A model generated the notes under the pieces. That model saw only the letters and a program-made list of their open reading frames with translations, did no database searches and was not told where the DNA came from. Made by a program: the position numbers and the translations under genes. DNA of 64,000 bases from Dipteris shenzhenensis (lineage: Eukaryota): NCBI GenBank assembly GCA_047967505.1, contig CM106538.1. The stretch is one strand, 5' to 3'. Below, one piece after another: positions 36,193 through 50,559 of the stretch. Within the stretch, counting starts at the first letter, position 1; every line of letters starts with the position of its first letter.

Positions 36193-36470
36193 TTATTGAA
36201 TGATCTATCCAATATACACATATGAAGTTCCAGCATTTGTTTAGTCCCTAGGTATGTTGCTTCATATGTGGTCAAGCTGGCTACTACCATACATTGTAGT
36301 TGCTTCTATACAATGCAAATGGTTTATATTTATATCTAGATTTATATGTATATATGTATGTGTGTGCGTGAGTATGTGTGTGTTTGTGTGTGTGTGCGTG
36401 TGTGTGTATATGTATATGTACATGTGTATACATACATACATATGAGTGTGTATAAGTGTGTGTGTGTTTA
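36159..36470. repeat. (AT)n and (GT/AT)n microsatellite cluster
   Basis: Direct inspection. Confidence 0.85.
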
Positions 36471-38894
36471 GATTAAAAAGTCCCATCAATAATTGAGCCA
36501 TATAATTAATTCCATCAATTGGATAAAAAGTTTTTAAAAAGGGGAACATATAAGGAAAAAATGTTTGAGACATCTAAGTTGATAAATGCAATAAATAGAG
36601 TTTATCAAAAAATTCCACCAAAATTAATAATTTTTAATAATATTGAGTTTGACAAATACAATATTGGAAAAAGATGTCAAATCCTCAGGCAGTCCAGGTT
36701 TTGAGGTCAAGGTCCACTTACCTGCCACCATCCAAACAAACTAGTTACGTTTGGGTAGAGAGGTAATGTATGTTTTCCTTGGCTTATTATCACTTTACCT
36801 AGGAATATAGACAACCATATGGATTCTTAGATAATTAAAAAAAAGTTTAAGTCACAAGTAAAGTTTAAGTCAAGAAACGCACGAGTGCATGGGTTGAGAA
36901 GGGATTAGTGGAGGTATGGGAGGATTAGTGTGCTTGGTGTGTCGGATGGTTAAAAAGAGATTGTAAAGGGGAGATTTCACAGGAGGTATATAAAAGAATA
37001 ATTCATAGTTGGGAAAGTATACATGTGTGTATGTGTAAGTGTGTGTGTGTATGTGTGTAAAGAAATAAGTGTTTGTGTGTATGAGATACATTTACTAATC
37101 AAAATTGTTGTATGTGTGTGTGTGAAATAACTTTCCATGTTTGATTAAGCATATTTGTGTTTTCAAACATGTCAATGTTGAAATCACCAACTAATATTGT
37201 GTAAATGCTTTTATTAGCACTAGCTCTCCTAGAGACAGTGCTTAAGGATCGAGTTGGATAAATTTTTGTGATTATTTAATTTTTTGGGGGAATTTTTAAA
37301 ATTCCTAAGCTCTATAGCTTGCTGGTTGGCTTGTTGGCTTGCTGGCTTACTCACTAGCTTGCAAGTCGCAGGCAAACGAAGCAACAGCACAGTAGCAATG
37401 ATCAAGAAGGAGAGAAACAATGAAAGAGTCGTGGGCAGTTCAATTTATTACAGATCGAAGAACAAATTCGAATGAGCTCAAACTTGCTTGCAGCAACCGA
37501 AACACAACCAATGTAGCATGCAATAGCAGTAGCTAGGGGCCGTCTTTGATGGTGACTTTGTAGCGTTCAACCGGCGGTTGGCGATACATTCCTCCCATGG
37601 CTATTACAGCAGGCCTTGGCAAGTATTTTGCTAGTTGAATCGGGAGGCAAGACAAGCTTCCAGAGCTCACCTCTTTGGCTATGGCTTAGCTCCTTCTCCC
37701 TCAATCAGTTGCTATTCCTCTTCTTATTATGGAAGCTGAGGGAGAAATCAAGCTCTTCCTCGGAGAATTTCCTTGCATTACCTCTGCTCCTCTTCGCTTT
37801 GATGACCACCATGGATCGCCCTTGTCTCCCTCCAAATCAATGTTTTCTACCTCGCATGCTAATCCTCTCGTCTCCCCAAACTCCTAGCCCAATCTTCCCT
37901 CCACCCTCTTCGATTCATGCATCGCCAATCTTCACCCTTCAAGGCTCTCTCCAGGGATTCCTCATAGGCCGTAGCAGTCTCGTCGACAGTACCCTTTGGA
38001 GCAGCGCCATCAGCACCTCCAAGCATTCCAACCTCCTCTGGGAGCTGAAGAACAAGGGCAATTAAATCTCGCAGCAGTTGTCTCACCATGAGGAGGAATC
38101 GATACATTCAACATTGGCTAATTTGAGCCTCCCGAGTGACCACGATGGTTTGCAATTTTTGTGCAAAAATGGAAACGAAAGCATAAACTATGGCAAAATG
38201 GTTGCGGCCCTTGAAGGTTTTCTCGTTGAATCAGTAATGCGCAACACTCATTAATGAACCTTTTGGGAATGGACATTCTTTCTCTGTTAGTGATGAACTG
38301 ACATATGTCCGGACGACTCAGAAGTTGCAAATCCTAAGAAGACCGCAAGGTCTTGATTGGAGCGCAACATGGCAAGCGCCGGTGTGGATCAGCCTTTGAT
38401 GTAGTTTCAAGTGCAACAATCCCTGTTCGAGGACTGTCTTTCACTTGAACATTCTAAAGCAGCAATGTTGGTGATGCCAAGGTAATCTCCTTGCAGAAGC
38501 TTTCATGGATCGAACTTTCATGAAAGTAGAATCCAGGTGAACGTCGTTCCACAGGAGCTACAATATGATGGCGAAGTGTTGGCTTATATTTAGCAGTAGA
38601 AGCTGGAGCTTGCACGGCAAGTCGCGGTGGATAGGTAGCAACAACAAGCTCAACAACGACTATTGTGGGAGCAATAGTCCGCTCTGTATGCGAGTTTGCA
38701 TAATCAAGTTGGAGGCCCATATCGGAATTACTATCTTGCAATTGCTGTTCTTGGAATTCCATAGCAATCGTTTGATCATCAGCAGCATCAAACTCATGCG
38801 ATGGCGGCTATTCTTCAGATGGGTTGGAAGGTATTGTACCCAAGGATAATGCATTCGAGTGGATGCTTGCCCCTTCTTGTACTTGCATAGCTAT

Positions 38895-39555
38895 GGAGAA
38901 AGTGGCGTAGGATCCTCCTCTCTAAATGGACCTTAGCTCGAGGGATTGGTGGGCAAGATGAGAGGCTTGGCAAGGTCTTCCCCAACAAATCTTGACAAAG
39001 ATGGAAATCAGGAAGTTGTTGCCATCAAAGGGGGGAGGAGGAGGAAGGGTATTGATCTTGTAGCCAATGGTGAAGTTCAATCTCTAGCATAGAAACTCGG
39101 TGTACAAAGGCTATTGGTGTTGGACGTTGATGGGTCACAGCAGCTCATGAAATTCACAACTTTGGAAGAGGTGGAGGGCCAAAAATACAATGTCACTGAA
39201 GATCAGCATGGCTACTGCTTCTTGCAAAGGAAGTTTGATGAAGGAAACCCAAAGGATGTAAAGAAGATATTTGAAAAGATTAGGGGCCATTAAGTTGAGC
39301 CAATGACTGATCCTTTCGGGAATTACCTAATGCAAAAGCTTCTTGAGGTTTGCAATGAAGCCCATTGCATGGACATTTTAGAAGCAGTAACCAAAACTGA
39401 TGATCTGGTCAACATCTCAAATATGCATGGGTAAGAAAATCACCGTCTTGAATTTAATTTGATGTAAAGTTAAGAATGCTAGATTTGGTCAACATCTTAT
39501 TGAGTATGCATGGGGAATCATCTTGTATTTGATTTGGTGTAAAGTTAATAGTGTT

Positions 39556-39629
<74 letters not shown>

Positions 39630-40012
39630 AACACCCACACATTTTAAGGACTTTTTCTAACACGCATTACTGTTTCAAATTTGAATCAAGGCTGCCTTCA
39701 TCTTTAGACAAATTTGACAACTTCTACGTTGGAATATATATTTTTGCATGCAATTTGCATAAACCAAAGTATTGTCAAACTTTGTTTTAAATTTTCCATG
39801 CTAGAAGGTGGGAGTGAAGTTAACGGTATGACTATCTCCATTTTGACATCACACGGACTGTCCAGAAACTCATCGAGATATTAAGGACCCTTGAGCAAGT
39901 ATCTATGGTGATATTGTCTCTAAAGCAAGGAGTTGTGACCCTCGTCAAGGATATAAATGGAAATCATGTGGTTCAAAAGTGTTTGTAGTGCCTTGGCAAT
40001 GAGAACAGCAAG
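38895..40012 (+). pseudogene. Pumilio/PUF RNA-binding protein pseudogene fragment (APUM7-12-like), two exons (~38895-39430, 39850-40012)
   Basis: EDQHGYCFLQRKFDEG...H*VEPMTDPFGNYLMQKLLEVCNE...NMHG|TRTVQKLIE...VKDINGNHVVQKCL*CLGNENSK; two in-frame stops; GT donors at 39431 and 40013; acceptor appears mutated (CAT). Confidence 0.88.
39559..39628. repeat. Compound (CT)n(CA)n microsatellite
   Basis: Direct inspection. Confidence 0.9.
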
Positions 40013-40254
40013 GTAAGATGGAACTCTTTCTTGGAGTTTAAGGATGTTTACATGCACTAGTCCATATTGTATTGATAAAATGTATAATTCTTGCCAGTTC
40101 ATGTTGGATCACATTTTTTGTGAGTTTTTTTTGTGGTTACTATTTTTTAGAAGATCATTTCAGTGGATGATGTGGGTTTGGTTGTGAGTTTGATTGGTTG
40201 GCTTTCTAAATGTTGAAGGTTACTACAATTCCTTGCTCACTCTGTTCTGCCAAT

Positions 40255-40640
40255 TACCGAAAAAAGTTATTTTGCCAATTGCCAAAAAAGTTGTTCTACC
40301 AGAAAAGCTATTTTGCAAAAATATATATTGCTAGAAAAACTATTTTTCAAAAATATATGCTACCCAAAAAGCTATTTTGTTAAGAAGGGCTTAGCCTGCC
40401 GAAAGGGCTTTTTGCCTACCAAACGAGCTTTATGCATGCCGATGAAAAGATTGTTATCTATTGGATAGGGAAAAAAAGAAAGAAAGAAAAGTTGTTCTTT
40501 AAAAGAAAAAGGGTTGTTCTACCAAACAAGCTGCTCTGCAAAAAGAAACTATTTTGCAAAACTATATACTGCAAAAAACATTGCTTAGCCAAAAAAGCTA
40601 GTTCGTCAAAGTTTATACTGCCGAAAAAGCTATTATGCTA
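40255..40640. repeat. Degenerate tandem subrepeats (CC-A-run-GCTATTTTG)
   Basis: Recurrent ccgaaaaaagttattttg, ccagaaaagctattttg, cccaaaaagctattttg, ccgaaaaagctattatg. Confidence 0.6.
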
Positions 40641-43600
40641 GTTATCTTGCAAAATTCCAGATATTAGCTATTGTTTATTCTCATTCTTTGCATATTTTCT
40701 GGCATTCTTTTTACTGAGGAAGCTTCTTCTTCCACGTTCATCCAAAGAGTCAATTTTTTACTTATATTTTTAGTTATTTTTTCATGCTTGTAGAAAGTCA
40801 AAGAAACCTATATGATTGGTATGTGCAAGATATAGATTTTTCAAAATTTACAATGAATACAACTACTGATATTCAGGTAATATGCGAGTGTCCAATTTAT
40901 TCGCAAGACTTCTTTGCAATACTATTGGACCCTAATATTCTTGATGTTGCTTCAATATTAATCTTACAACATCCCTCTCTTTTGATGCATGTTTTCAATG
41001 GGAGGTAAAGATTTGGAATCAATAGTAGAGATAGCCGAATTGGATGCAAGGTCGAAGGATGACATTTCATATAATTGTAGTCCATGACCCAATATTATTC
41101 AGGTTGCAATCAATGATGAGTTATGAGCTCTTGTGAGTGTAGCCTTATTCATGTATTCATTGGGCTTCAATTCCCAAAAGTTGCAAATCTTTGCATGTCA
41201 CCAAGGCAATAATAAAACACTACCCTTGACATTTGCAGCAGGGAGGATCAGTCCCGATGGACCCTATGTCGTGTCTCACGTTCATATTTTTTTCGCTCTT
41301 TTTTCCCCTTTATGAAAATTTCATTAAAAAGTAGGATCCAAGTTTCATTTTAAGAAAGTAGTTATGTGCTCCATGACAAAAGAAGGAACTATGAAGTATA
41401 GTGAGTGAGCAATGAATGAATTAATAAAAACACGCCAAGGACTCTCAAATTTAGAGAGCTATCAGTGACAATAAGCGGATCTCTCAGGGTTAAGTAGAAG
41501 CTGCATGCATTTTTTCAACCACATGGGTATGGAAATTGTTTTGAAATTTCTTTTGGCCTTAATTAATAGAGCCTCATAGTCGGAGCCAGTGCTTTTGTGC
41601 AGTCATGCACTCTTGTTTTGTATTTTGGTTTTTTTTTGAAAGAATATGTATCAAACATGTTGATATTATTTATTGGTGGTCTACACATGCTAAAAATATT
41701 GTATTTTTTGTTTTGCTTACATATTTGAGCTTTTATGATTTCAATGCCTCCATATATATATGTGTGATATATTTATCTATTAATATACAAGAACCTATAG
41801 TAAAGAAGTTTTGAATTGTGTTGAATTCTTGAGATATGTATGGATCATATTTTGTAGTTTTGCAAGCAAATAATATCTGATTATAGTAATTTTTTTGTTC
41901 CTTTTATGTTTAGTTCATATTTTAATGATTGAACAACTATGTTGGACAATCTTGTATCTTTTTTTAATTTTTTTATAGTTTGCCATCTTGATGTACTATT
42001 TCACCTTTCCATTTTAGTATGGACATCTTTCTATCTTAAAGTGTTCATTTTGTAGTGGCTCAAGTAAGTATAAATTGTCGATATTTTTACTGTGTGAAAT
42101 AGTTGTGTATGCAAGTCCATGTGTGCACATGTCAGGATGTTTGTTTTCAAAGGTCGTATTTGCACTTCTTTTACTTTCTAAAAATTGGAGTCTAATGCTG
42201 ATTTATGTTTGTAGTAAATACATTAATGTTTATTGTGGGATCTTGTAATCATTTCTAGCTATAACATGTTGTGTGGTCTATTGCTTTCGAAGCACATTTC
42301 TTTCCTTTTGGAATTTCCAAGACAATTTCATTATGTTTGTCCATATGCAAGTTTGTGTAAAACAAATGGGAAAATGCATGATCTTGTGGTGGTTCATGTA
42401 AATATTTTTTGTTATTGTAATCTCCAATGTTATCTATGTAAACATTTATTGTTGATGTAATCTATTTTTTATTGTGCATGAGTACATTTTCTAAATGGGT
42501 TTAAAGCTAGATGAAGTCTTATTTTTATTCTCGTTGTTGGCTTTAGTTCATAGCACTTTGTGTTGGTTGCCCATTATCTATTAAAATGCACTCCAATGTG
42601 TCCTCAATTGTTTTGAACACCCATGCGTCCTTTACTAGTTTTGTTTCAAAGAAGTCCCCACAAGTAATGACATCAATATCTCCAAGGTATTCATCATAAT
42701 GATTTTGTTTCAACAAATGCATATGTAAGTCAGTGAAGTTCCAACTAAGAATAGCATATACAAAATGATTATATTATACTTGTTGGTAAAGGGATGCCAA
42801 AGTGTCAAGTTTTCTCTTGATAATGATGTGAGATTCTCGCTATGTATTGGCAATTGTAGTGCAGAATGCATGGTAGTACCATTTACATTGTATATAGCCT
42901 TTCCTATGAAAGTATAAGAACTTCAGGCACGTCAATGTCATTGTTCAAAGTTCTTTGATTATCAAGCCTTGCACGTAAGAAGAAGAAGGTATGTTTTTAT
43001 TATTCGGGTGCCACCTACTAGTAATAGATGATTTTTCCTAGTGCTTGACTCCTTTTTCATATCATAATGTCATCAAGAATATCTCTTTGTTCTTTATCAA
43101 GCGAATGTATAGCTATTTGAAGTACTTTTCATTATTTTTTTCGTTGAAATGACAAAATCGTTACATGAGGTTTTTATTTGGTAGTGCAGGAATTTCTAAT
43201 CCAATATTATGATCTTGCTCATTGGCTTTTAGAATGTCATTAAAGCTTTTTTTTTAATTGTAACTGAAATTTTCTTATATATTTTTTAGATTCTAGTAAT
43301 TTATCATAGTTAAAGTTATATAAACTTATATTCTTCGTTATAATTGTTATGGTGCATTGTAAGCATTTTCCCATGATTCATGAATGAGTAGCTCTTGATT
43401 CTCATCTTCTTTAGATCGATAACACAAAAGTAATTGCTCTATAAAGTAAATTTTTGGATCCTTTGTTTTGTTAAATTTAATAAATCTTAATATTCTAAAC
43501 TAACGTCTTTTTTGCTTGATCCGTCCTTGTGGTTGTATTTTGTTGCAAGTGTTGATAGGCAAATATTAATCGTGTTTTCTTGCTTTATATATTTGTCGAT

Positions 43601-44744
43601 GATTGTCTCACATTTTTATATTTGTAGAGCTTTAGCTTTGTAATTGATGTTTTTATCTTGTTGTTCTATGTCATGGAAAGGATAATACAATATGAGAACC
43701 TAGTTAAGCCCTCAGTTGTTCAGAATGGGAAAAGGCATTTTCCATTTTCCTCATTTTTTCGTGTGTGTCTAAGTTCTCTTACATGAAACTTCTCATAGTT
43801 TCCTATGAGCTTTTATGTTATTATGTTATACATTTTTGTGATATAGGAAGTGTAATATGATGTTGCAACATATGGTTCTGTAACAAGTTGTATATCCATG
43901 TTTGATAACCACCGTAAGAAGCTAATTTTTCATTAAATGCACTAGTGAAAATGTCTTTTGGCTGTCATTTTAGATAAATTGTGTTTTGTTAGTCGACACT
44001 TTACTACCATAAAACAATAATATATTGCATTCAAAATGAGTAGAAGGCGATTATAGCAGAGGTGGGAGAGTAATCTTGGATCCCACAAAATCCGCAAAGA
44101 AACCAAAAAATGGGCATAGGCAGTAAGAAACAATTAATCTCTAGCCTATCATGTATAACAGAAACCTGATGTGGAAGAAGCTGGAGCATGTCCCAAAGAT
44201 TTGTAAATAATGAGCCTACTTATATAACCCTTTCCAATGTGGTAATGAGGTGGTGGAATCCCTCTAATGTCATAGCGGGCCCGATTGAAAAAACAAGGAA
44301 GAAGATACTTCACACCCTTCTCAAACTTAGTTGAGTCTTTATTGATAGCATGTATGTTATTCTAAATATTCCAACCACTCATTAAGTCTTTTTGTAGTAT
44401 TAGGAGCTATAGAGCAATTTTCTTTTTTAATAATCTTACATTTTTCTTTATATTATTTTCTCTTACATCCTTTTAGAGACATGAGTATCATAGTTTCATT
44501 TAGTGTTGGCTTTTGATTGTGAATATGATAGGTATTTTTATTTTGTTTTATACATGTAGAAGTGTATGTGTATTTGAATTTATTTCATATTATCATTTAC
44601 ATAATCTGTAAACATGTTATGCACTTGTCAATCAAAGATACTATATCATGGTCTTTGTTATAATTGTCTAAAGGAGCTTCTTTAATCCACAGAAGGATTG
44701 TCCCTTATAAGTTGTATTAGAAGTTTGTTTTTTTCATTTGTTGG

Positions 44745-44872
44745 TGAACTATACTTGTTGGGCATGTATGTTGTTTGTAGACATGTTGTTTGTATGTTGG
44801 GCATGTATGTTCTTTGTAGACATGCTGAACTATACCTGTTGGGCATGTATGTTGTTTGTAGACATGTTGTTA
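44745..44872. repeat. Minisatellite, three ~40-bp units (TGTTGGGCATGTATGTTGTTTGTAGACATG)
   Basis: Direct inspection. Confidence 0.8.
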
Positions 44873-46449
44873 GCAGTTCCACAATCGTTCTGCATAAGCA
44901 AAAGTCACAAAAAAATAGGAGGTCCCAATTGACGCATCATTGTAGATGCTTCTTTACTTAATTTTTATTTGTGATCAAGAGAACTTCTTAAAGATTCAAA
45001 ATCTCTATATCCTATTCTTGAATGCAAAACTTTCTCAATGTTTGTACTGTTCGTGACATCTTTAGCAACAAGCTTCTTAGTTGTGTAACATGCCTTTTCT
45101 AAAACAAACCCAAATTGATTGCATCACTTGCTAGATCAATACTTTTATTGATTTGAAGAATAGATTTGGTATATAATGACAACTTTTAATGACTTGTGCA
45201 ATAACTAACTATACAATGTCTAATTATGATTTAAAAAAATTGTTTGCAATTGATCTTGGTGATCCAAAGTATACACTGGGAAAATTTAGTTCTTTACTTT
45301 GTTTATCTTGAAACAATCCAAGAGGTTTTTGGTTTTCACGTGTGCTTGTTCTGCAATAATTTTATTGTGTATTAATCTATCAGCTTCAATTTCCACATTC
45401 AGGTCATTTGGTGATGTCACTTCTTTTACTACTACTTTTTATTTAATTTGTAAGTATAATCGACAATTGCACATTATTACACTAATCTTTTATCTAACGT
45501 ATATTATTACTTTGGTATAATGGTGTTTCTATTATTTGCACATTTCCTAGGATTTTACTAATGGTTTGTATGATGTATTGATGGTAGTGTGGTTTCATGC
45601 TTTGAACTTGCTTATTCTCTTGTGTATGACATGTATTAGATAGTCATGCCACTTCTTGCATCTACTTTCCACCTTGTCCACTCTCATACAAGAGCTAAAC
45701 CATTGCTTAAGTGATTTGCACATAGATTCAATTGAACTTGCTTCTTGATTCTCTTCATATCGTAACTCATTCGACTTGTGAGGATAAGAAAACCTCCTCC
45801 TTTGGCAATGAGCACAATAACCTCCTCCATGGGCAATGAGGGCATTCCTCCAAATGATGGTGATGAGATACTAATTTTTGGGAAAGGAGTGTCTTACCAC
45901 TTACCTTATATGAAGGGAAAGGGTAGTGTCTAATTCAAAATTACATTGAGAGCATGTGTGCATGCCGGTTACATGATACCCAAAAAAATACGAGAATGCA
46001 AGTGTAATTAGAGTCATGCTTAAATGGTGTATGTGGTTGCCTTTTGAATATGCTATAAAGACATATGCAATGCATACATTTTGAGGGGTAAAAAGGAAAT
46101 AATCCTCTTTCTTGCATGTCAAGTCTCCCTAAATTTGGATCCATGGCCTAGATTTATCTCTCTCTCTAAGGCAAAAGATTCATGAAATTTTCAAGAAAAA
46201 AAGACAAATGCTTGTATGAACTTTTTCCTTTTTTTTTTCAAAAAAAGTGTTTATGTAATGTGTTATATTGGGAAATTTAACAATTCATTTCCTTACATCA
46301 TCACCTTGGGATGAGGTAGCAAAAAGATAGCCAGAGCCGAAGTTCACAAATGTACGATGATCAACACATATAGTGAAAACTACCAAAACAACAAGGTGCC
46401 ATAGATATAGTGGGGGGTTGGACTATAACTTTTGTTGCTCAACACATGG

Positions 46450-48000
46450 AGAAAGTTCACTGGGGAGTGTGCTATGTATTCTCCTAGAGTCAGCACGGCA
46501 TTGCACTATTTAGGTTCCTCTATCTCTTGAAGCAATTGGTCATGTGCTTCATTGTAATTCAAGACATCTTTCTTAAATCTACTCTTTTCTTGTTAATCCA
46601 GTTCAAGAAAGGAATATAGGCATAAGTAAAAAAATGATAAAATTGCAAAAAAATTTCTAGAAATTCATATAAACCACAAGGCATCACCTATAATAATTGT
46701 CAATAGTTTCTATTCATGGAGGTTTCCCTCGTAAGATTGTCTTTGAGTTTTTAAATTTTCCTTGCATTGGGACAAGCAACATATAAGTAAAGATATCCTC
46801 TCAGTGACCAAGATAGCTTTTGCATTTCTGCCTATCAATACTTGAATCCCCTCTAGAGTTAGTCCACATTACCTTGTGAAGAGAAGAATTTTGCCCTAGA
46901 ATATACCCTATCCTAGATTCCCCAAATTTTATCAACAAGCAATGCCTACTACTATCAAATAATTTCCACCTAGAGTTGAGCACTTTGAATATTCCTTCTC
47001 TGTCATTTGTGGGCATGGGGATGGGGAAAAAATCAGGGGCTCCCACCTAACTAAATTCTTTCATATAAACTAGTGAAATCCCTCCTTTCCAAGTTAGGGA
47101 GTTATCCCATAAGTCATGTCTGCTTCTTATAATCCCAACATCCTAATTGGTCGATCTAAACTCCCTCCTTATTTCTAGCCAAGTTTTCCACCTAACTTGT
47201 TCCCTATACCATACCAACTTTGTATTGCCTTCTTGGATAACATGTTGGTTGTCAAAAATTATTTATCTCCTAGAAAAGCATTTCTGTGAATAGTAGTCCC
47301 ATGTCATGAAATCCCCTTTACGTAAGAAAATTATTTGACTCTTGATTGCCCACAATGATCTCCACAAATCATTGCCCTTAGTGCTATAGGGTTAGTTAAT
47401 AAAATAGCATAGTTCCTCCTTTTTTAGGCCCTTATTGGCCCAACATAATAGGAAATTCTTAGCAAGAGTTGAGACTACTTAAGCTCTGGATTAAGTATGG
47501 CTTTGACAATCTAGGAAGCAAGTACCTTAGAAGTAGCTTATTGAACACCTACAACCCCAAGCCCACCTTCTAGCTTGGACCTATGTAAAAGCTCCATTTG
47601 ACCTTTGAGATTCTCTTGCTGCCACACCATAGAAAGGGCATATAGTTGCTACCAAATTTGTTGAGGCATGATTTGGAAGGTAACCAGCGAGAGAGGTAAA
47701 AAATTACATTGGGTAGATGCAATGGTTAAGAACCATCTTCCTACCTATGTAGTTAGCATGGGACCCTCTAGAGAGCATGGGATTTGTCTCCCTAATCAAA
47801 AGTCTATAATGCTAAAAAAATTGGTAAGAGAGCATTGGCTCTTAGCCAACTAGCCACCAAAAGCTCCCCTCTAGAGGATTCTCTTAACCCACACACATTA
47901 AATGTGATGAATGATATTGGTTTAAATTTGCCCCTTTTTAGCCCTGGGGTTAGGGCTTTTCACCTAAGCTACAGACTCCTTAACTATAGAAAGTCTTCTC
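46450..48000 (-). mobile_element. Heavily degraded L1-type LINE fragment
   Basis: Remnant peptides ISFITFNVCGL (endonuclease start-like) and RSKLEGGLGV (L1 post-RT motif). Confidence 0.45.
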
Positions 48001-49759
48001 TTGTTTTGAATGATAGCAAGGGCCTCACCTTGAATAGAGAATTCCCGGAGCTTAAGGGAGTTCTTCATTTGAATAATCATTGTCATTGTCTTTAGTAATT
48101 GTTACATCTATATTATTAATTTCTTCTTCATATACCTCTAACCACCTTGCTTGGACATTGTGGCTTCAAGATACATGTTGATGTTCTTGAATTCATAGAT
48201 TCGTCTCAAGCTTCAAAGGAGATTTTACTGATGTAGGTCATTCCTGTTTCCTTCTTTGCTACTGAAAGCTGATCCCTTAGCTCTCTCCTCCTTTTCATTG
48301 TTCTTCAAATTAGGGGAAGTATGAGGTGGATTTGACTTGGGGAGCCATTTATTTTTTGAAGTAGCTTGAGGAGTAAGAGTAGCCATTCTTTTTTTGCTTC
48401 AAGTTGCTTAGCTTGGTGTGGAAATCTTCTTCATTCATCTTCTATCTGAACTATCTGAGAAATGCCTTGGACATGTGTTGCCAGAGTCTCTTAAAAAACC
48501 AATCAAAAATTAGTTGAACCATCTTTCAACTGGTTTGACCTAATACATGGAAGTACTCTTCCTTGGTAAATTTTCCATTAATATGGCAAATCTCCCCATA
48601 AGTGACTATAGGGGTTTCTTCTTTGGTCTCTTTAAGTCCTAAAGCTTGATGTAATGAACTGTGTAGGATTTTGGTTTGGCAGTCACCAACTCAAGGCTCC
48701 TTCTTCACAATTGTTCACTCTCGACTTGGTTAGCACTTTGAAATTGGTTTCTTGCATCATGGTGACCATCTGGTACATACTGTGGGTGTTGCCTTGCTCC
48801 ATGCTAGTAATCATCACTGTGGACATGCCTGGGTGCTTGGCTCAGTATTCTTGCCTCTGGTCTACCACATCTTTGTGCATGGCATCTCGATTTTGATAAG
48901 CAAGTTTATCAATCATGTTTTTATTTCTCGGTTTACAAAAGAATAGCGTTGGATAGCTCTATTCCTCCCTATTGGTTTCTTGTTTTCACTTGGAGTTATG
49001 TTTGTATCTGCATTGTGAATCTCTATTCCATAGACATAAACATGAACTAATGTGTTATTAAAAGGTTGTTCTTCAATATTGTCTACATAGTCATGTTTAG
49101 TAATTGCTTCAAAAGCATTAAATTCTTGTCCATTATTACATCATGCATTTAAAAAATGGTCACCAGATCTCAAATATTATGATTTTTTCTGGTTTTGTAC
49201 AATGTTATATTTATAAAATCACAAAGATGATATGGTTTGGTTGGATATTGTGGCTAGATTTTTATATTCCAATCTCCTTTTTATAGCAATTATGATTGTC
49301 ATCATGTCATTCAAAAGAATTATTTATATGCTTTCTAAAATTTTAATTAGATTTATAATGCCACCTTTTACTAAATAATGTGTAAAATGTAGGTATTGAT
49401 GTAGTTGATTGAATTTGCATGTGGTGCAATCAAGATTTCTTCTAATTCTATTAATATTTCTACAATTATGATCCTTTATACCATCCTTTATAAAAGTAAA
49501 ATAATATTTAAAATGTGCTGACTACCACTAGATCTTACAAATTTTATCCTTTCAAAAGGAGGTCTCAATAACTCTAGGTGAAAGAACACTGATCTTTGTA
49601 TTAAGTATCACCTTCATAAGGACAAGTGAATCACCTTTATTGTACTAAAATTTCCCTACATTTATTAAGAAATATTAAGCTTTGATAAAGATTCATTCTT
49701 TAATTAATCTATTATACTTCTTCATCAAATCAAGACCATTTTGTTATAGCATTATGCCC

Positions 49760-50390
49760 CTCCTTCAAAGTTCCTGACCCCACCTCTCTGTAACCCCTTC
49801 CTCTCAGCTAAGCACATTGCACTGCCTCCTCTCTTACTACCCCTCTCCTTCTCTCTCCCCACCCCCTACCTTGCCCCCCCTCTCTAACTCCTCCTCCTTC
49901 CCTCTTCCCATCCCACCTCTCTCTTTGTGTCCCCCCTCTTCACGTCCCCTCTCCACTCCCCCTCCTTCCCTCTTCCCCCCACCTTTCTATTTATGCCCCC
50001 CCCTTCACTCTTTGTGTCTCCCTCCTTCACTCATGAGTTGTATACCCATTTCCTACTCGCAACGTGCCTCTCTATTCCACACCCCTTCATTTTGCTTGCA
50101 CCCCTCATTCCCAACTCATGAACCCCCCTCCACACTGTGTTGCCACTCACCTTGGTCACAAAAACCCTTCCCTATTTGTGACCACCCCCCATGCTCCTTG
50201 TGCCCCTCTTGCCCCACAACTAACCCCCCTCTTGCATTGCCCTGACTAAGCCCCCCCACCCCTTCCCCCCTTTCCATCTTGGTTGCCCCTCTCCCTCTTC
50301 AAACCACCTCTCGGTTAAGCCCCTCCCTTCCCAGCCCCCCTTGCCTTGCCCCTCCCTCTTTGCACTCCCTTTTTACCCTCAACCTCAAAC
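49760..50390. repeat. Polypyrimidine / C-rich low-complexity tract
   Basis: Many C3-C7 runs, strongly strand-asymmetric. Confidence 0.8.
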
Positions 50391-50559
50391 CTTATGCATC
50401 TTAGCCATATCTAATACCCCGGGAAAGCTACGCTGGGTGCCCCCTCAAAAGCTACACCTAATTGCTTACTTCTTAGATATCTTGTCTTCCCAACTTGACA
50501 ATATCCACCTTTGTGGAAGGATGCCTCTCAAATCATTCCTTCTTCAAACCCATCCCATC

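Noticed and set aside
37500-38880. Coding-like, GC-richer sequence with short ORFs
   Set aside because: No protein family recognisable in any frame I translated; left unassigned
49817-50245. Proline-rich 'extensin-like' ORF
   Set aside because: An artefact of the C-rich low-complexity tract; non-ATG start and no signal peptide
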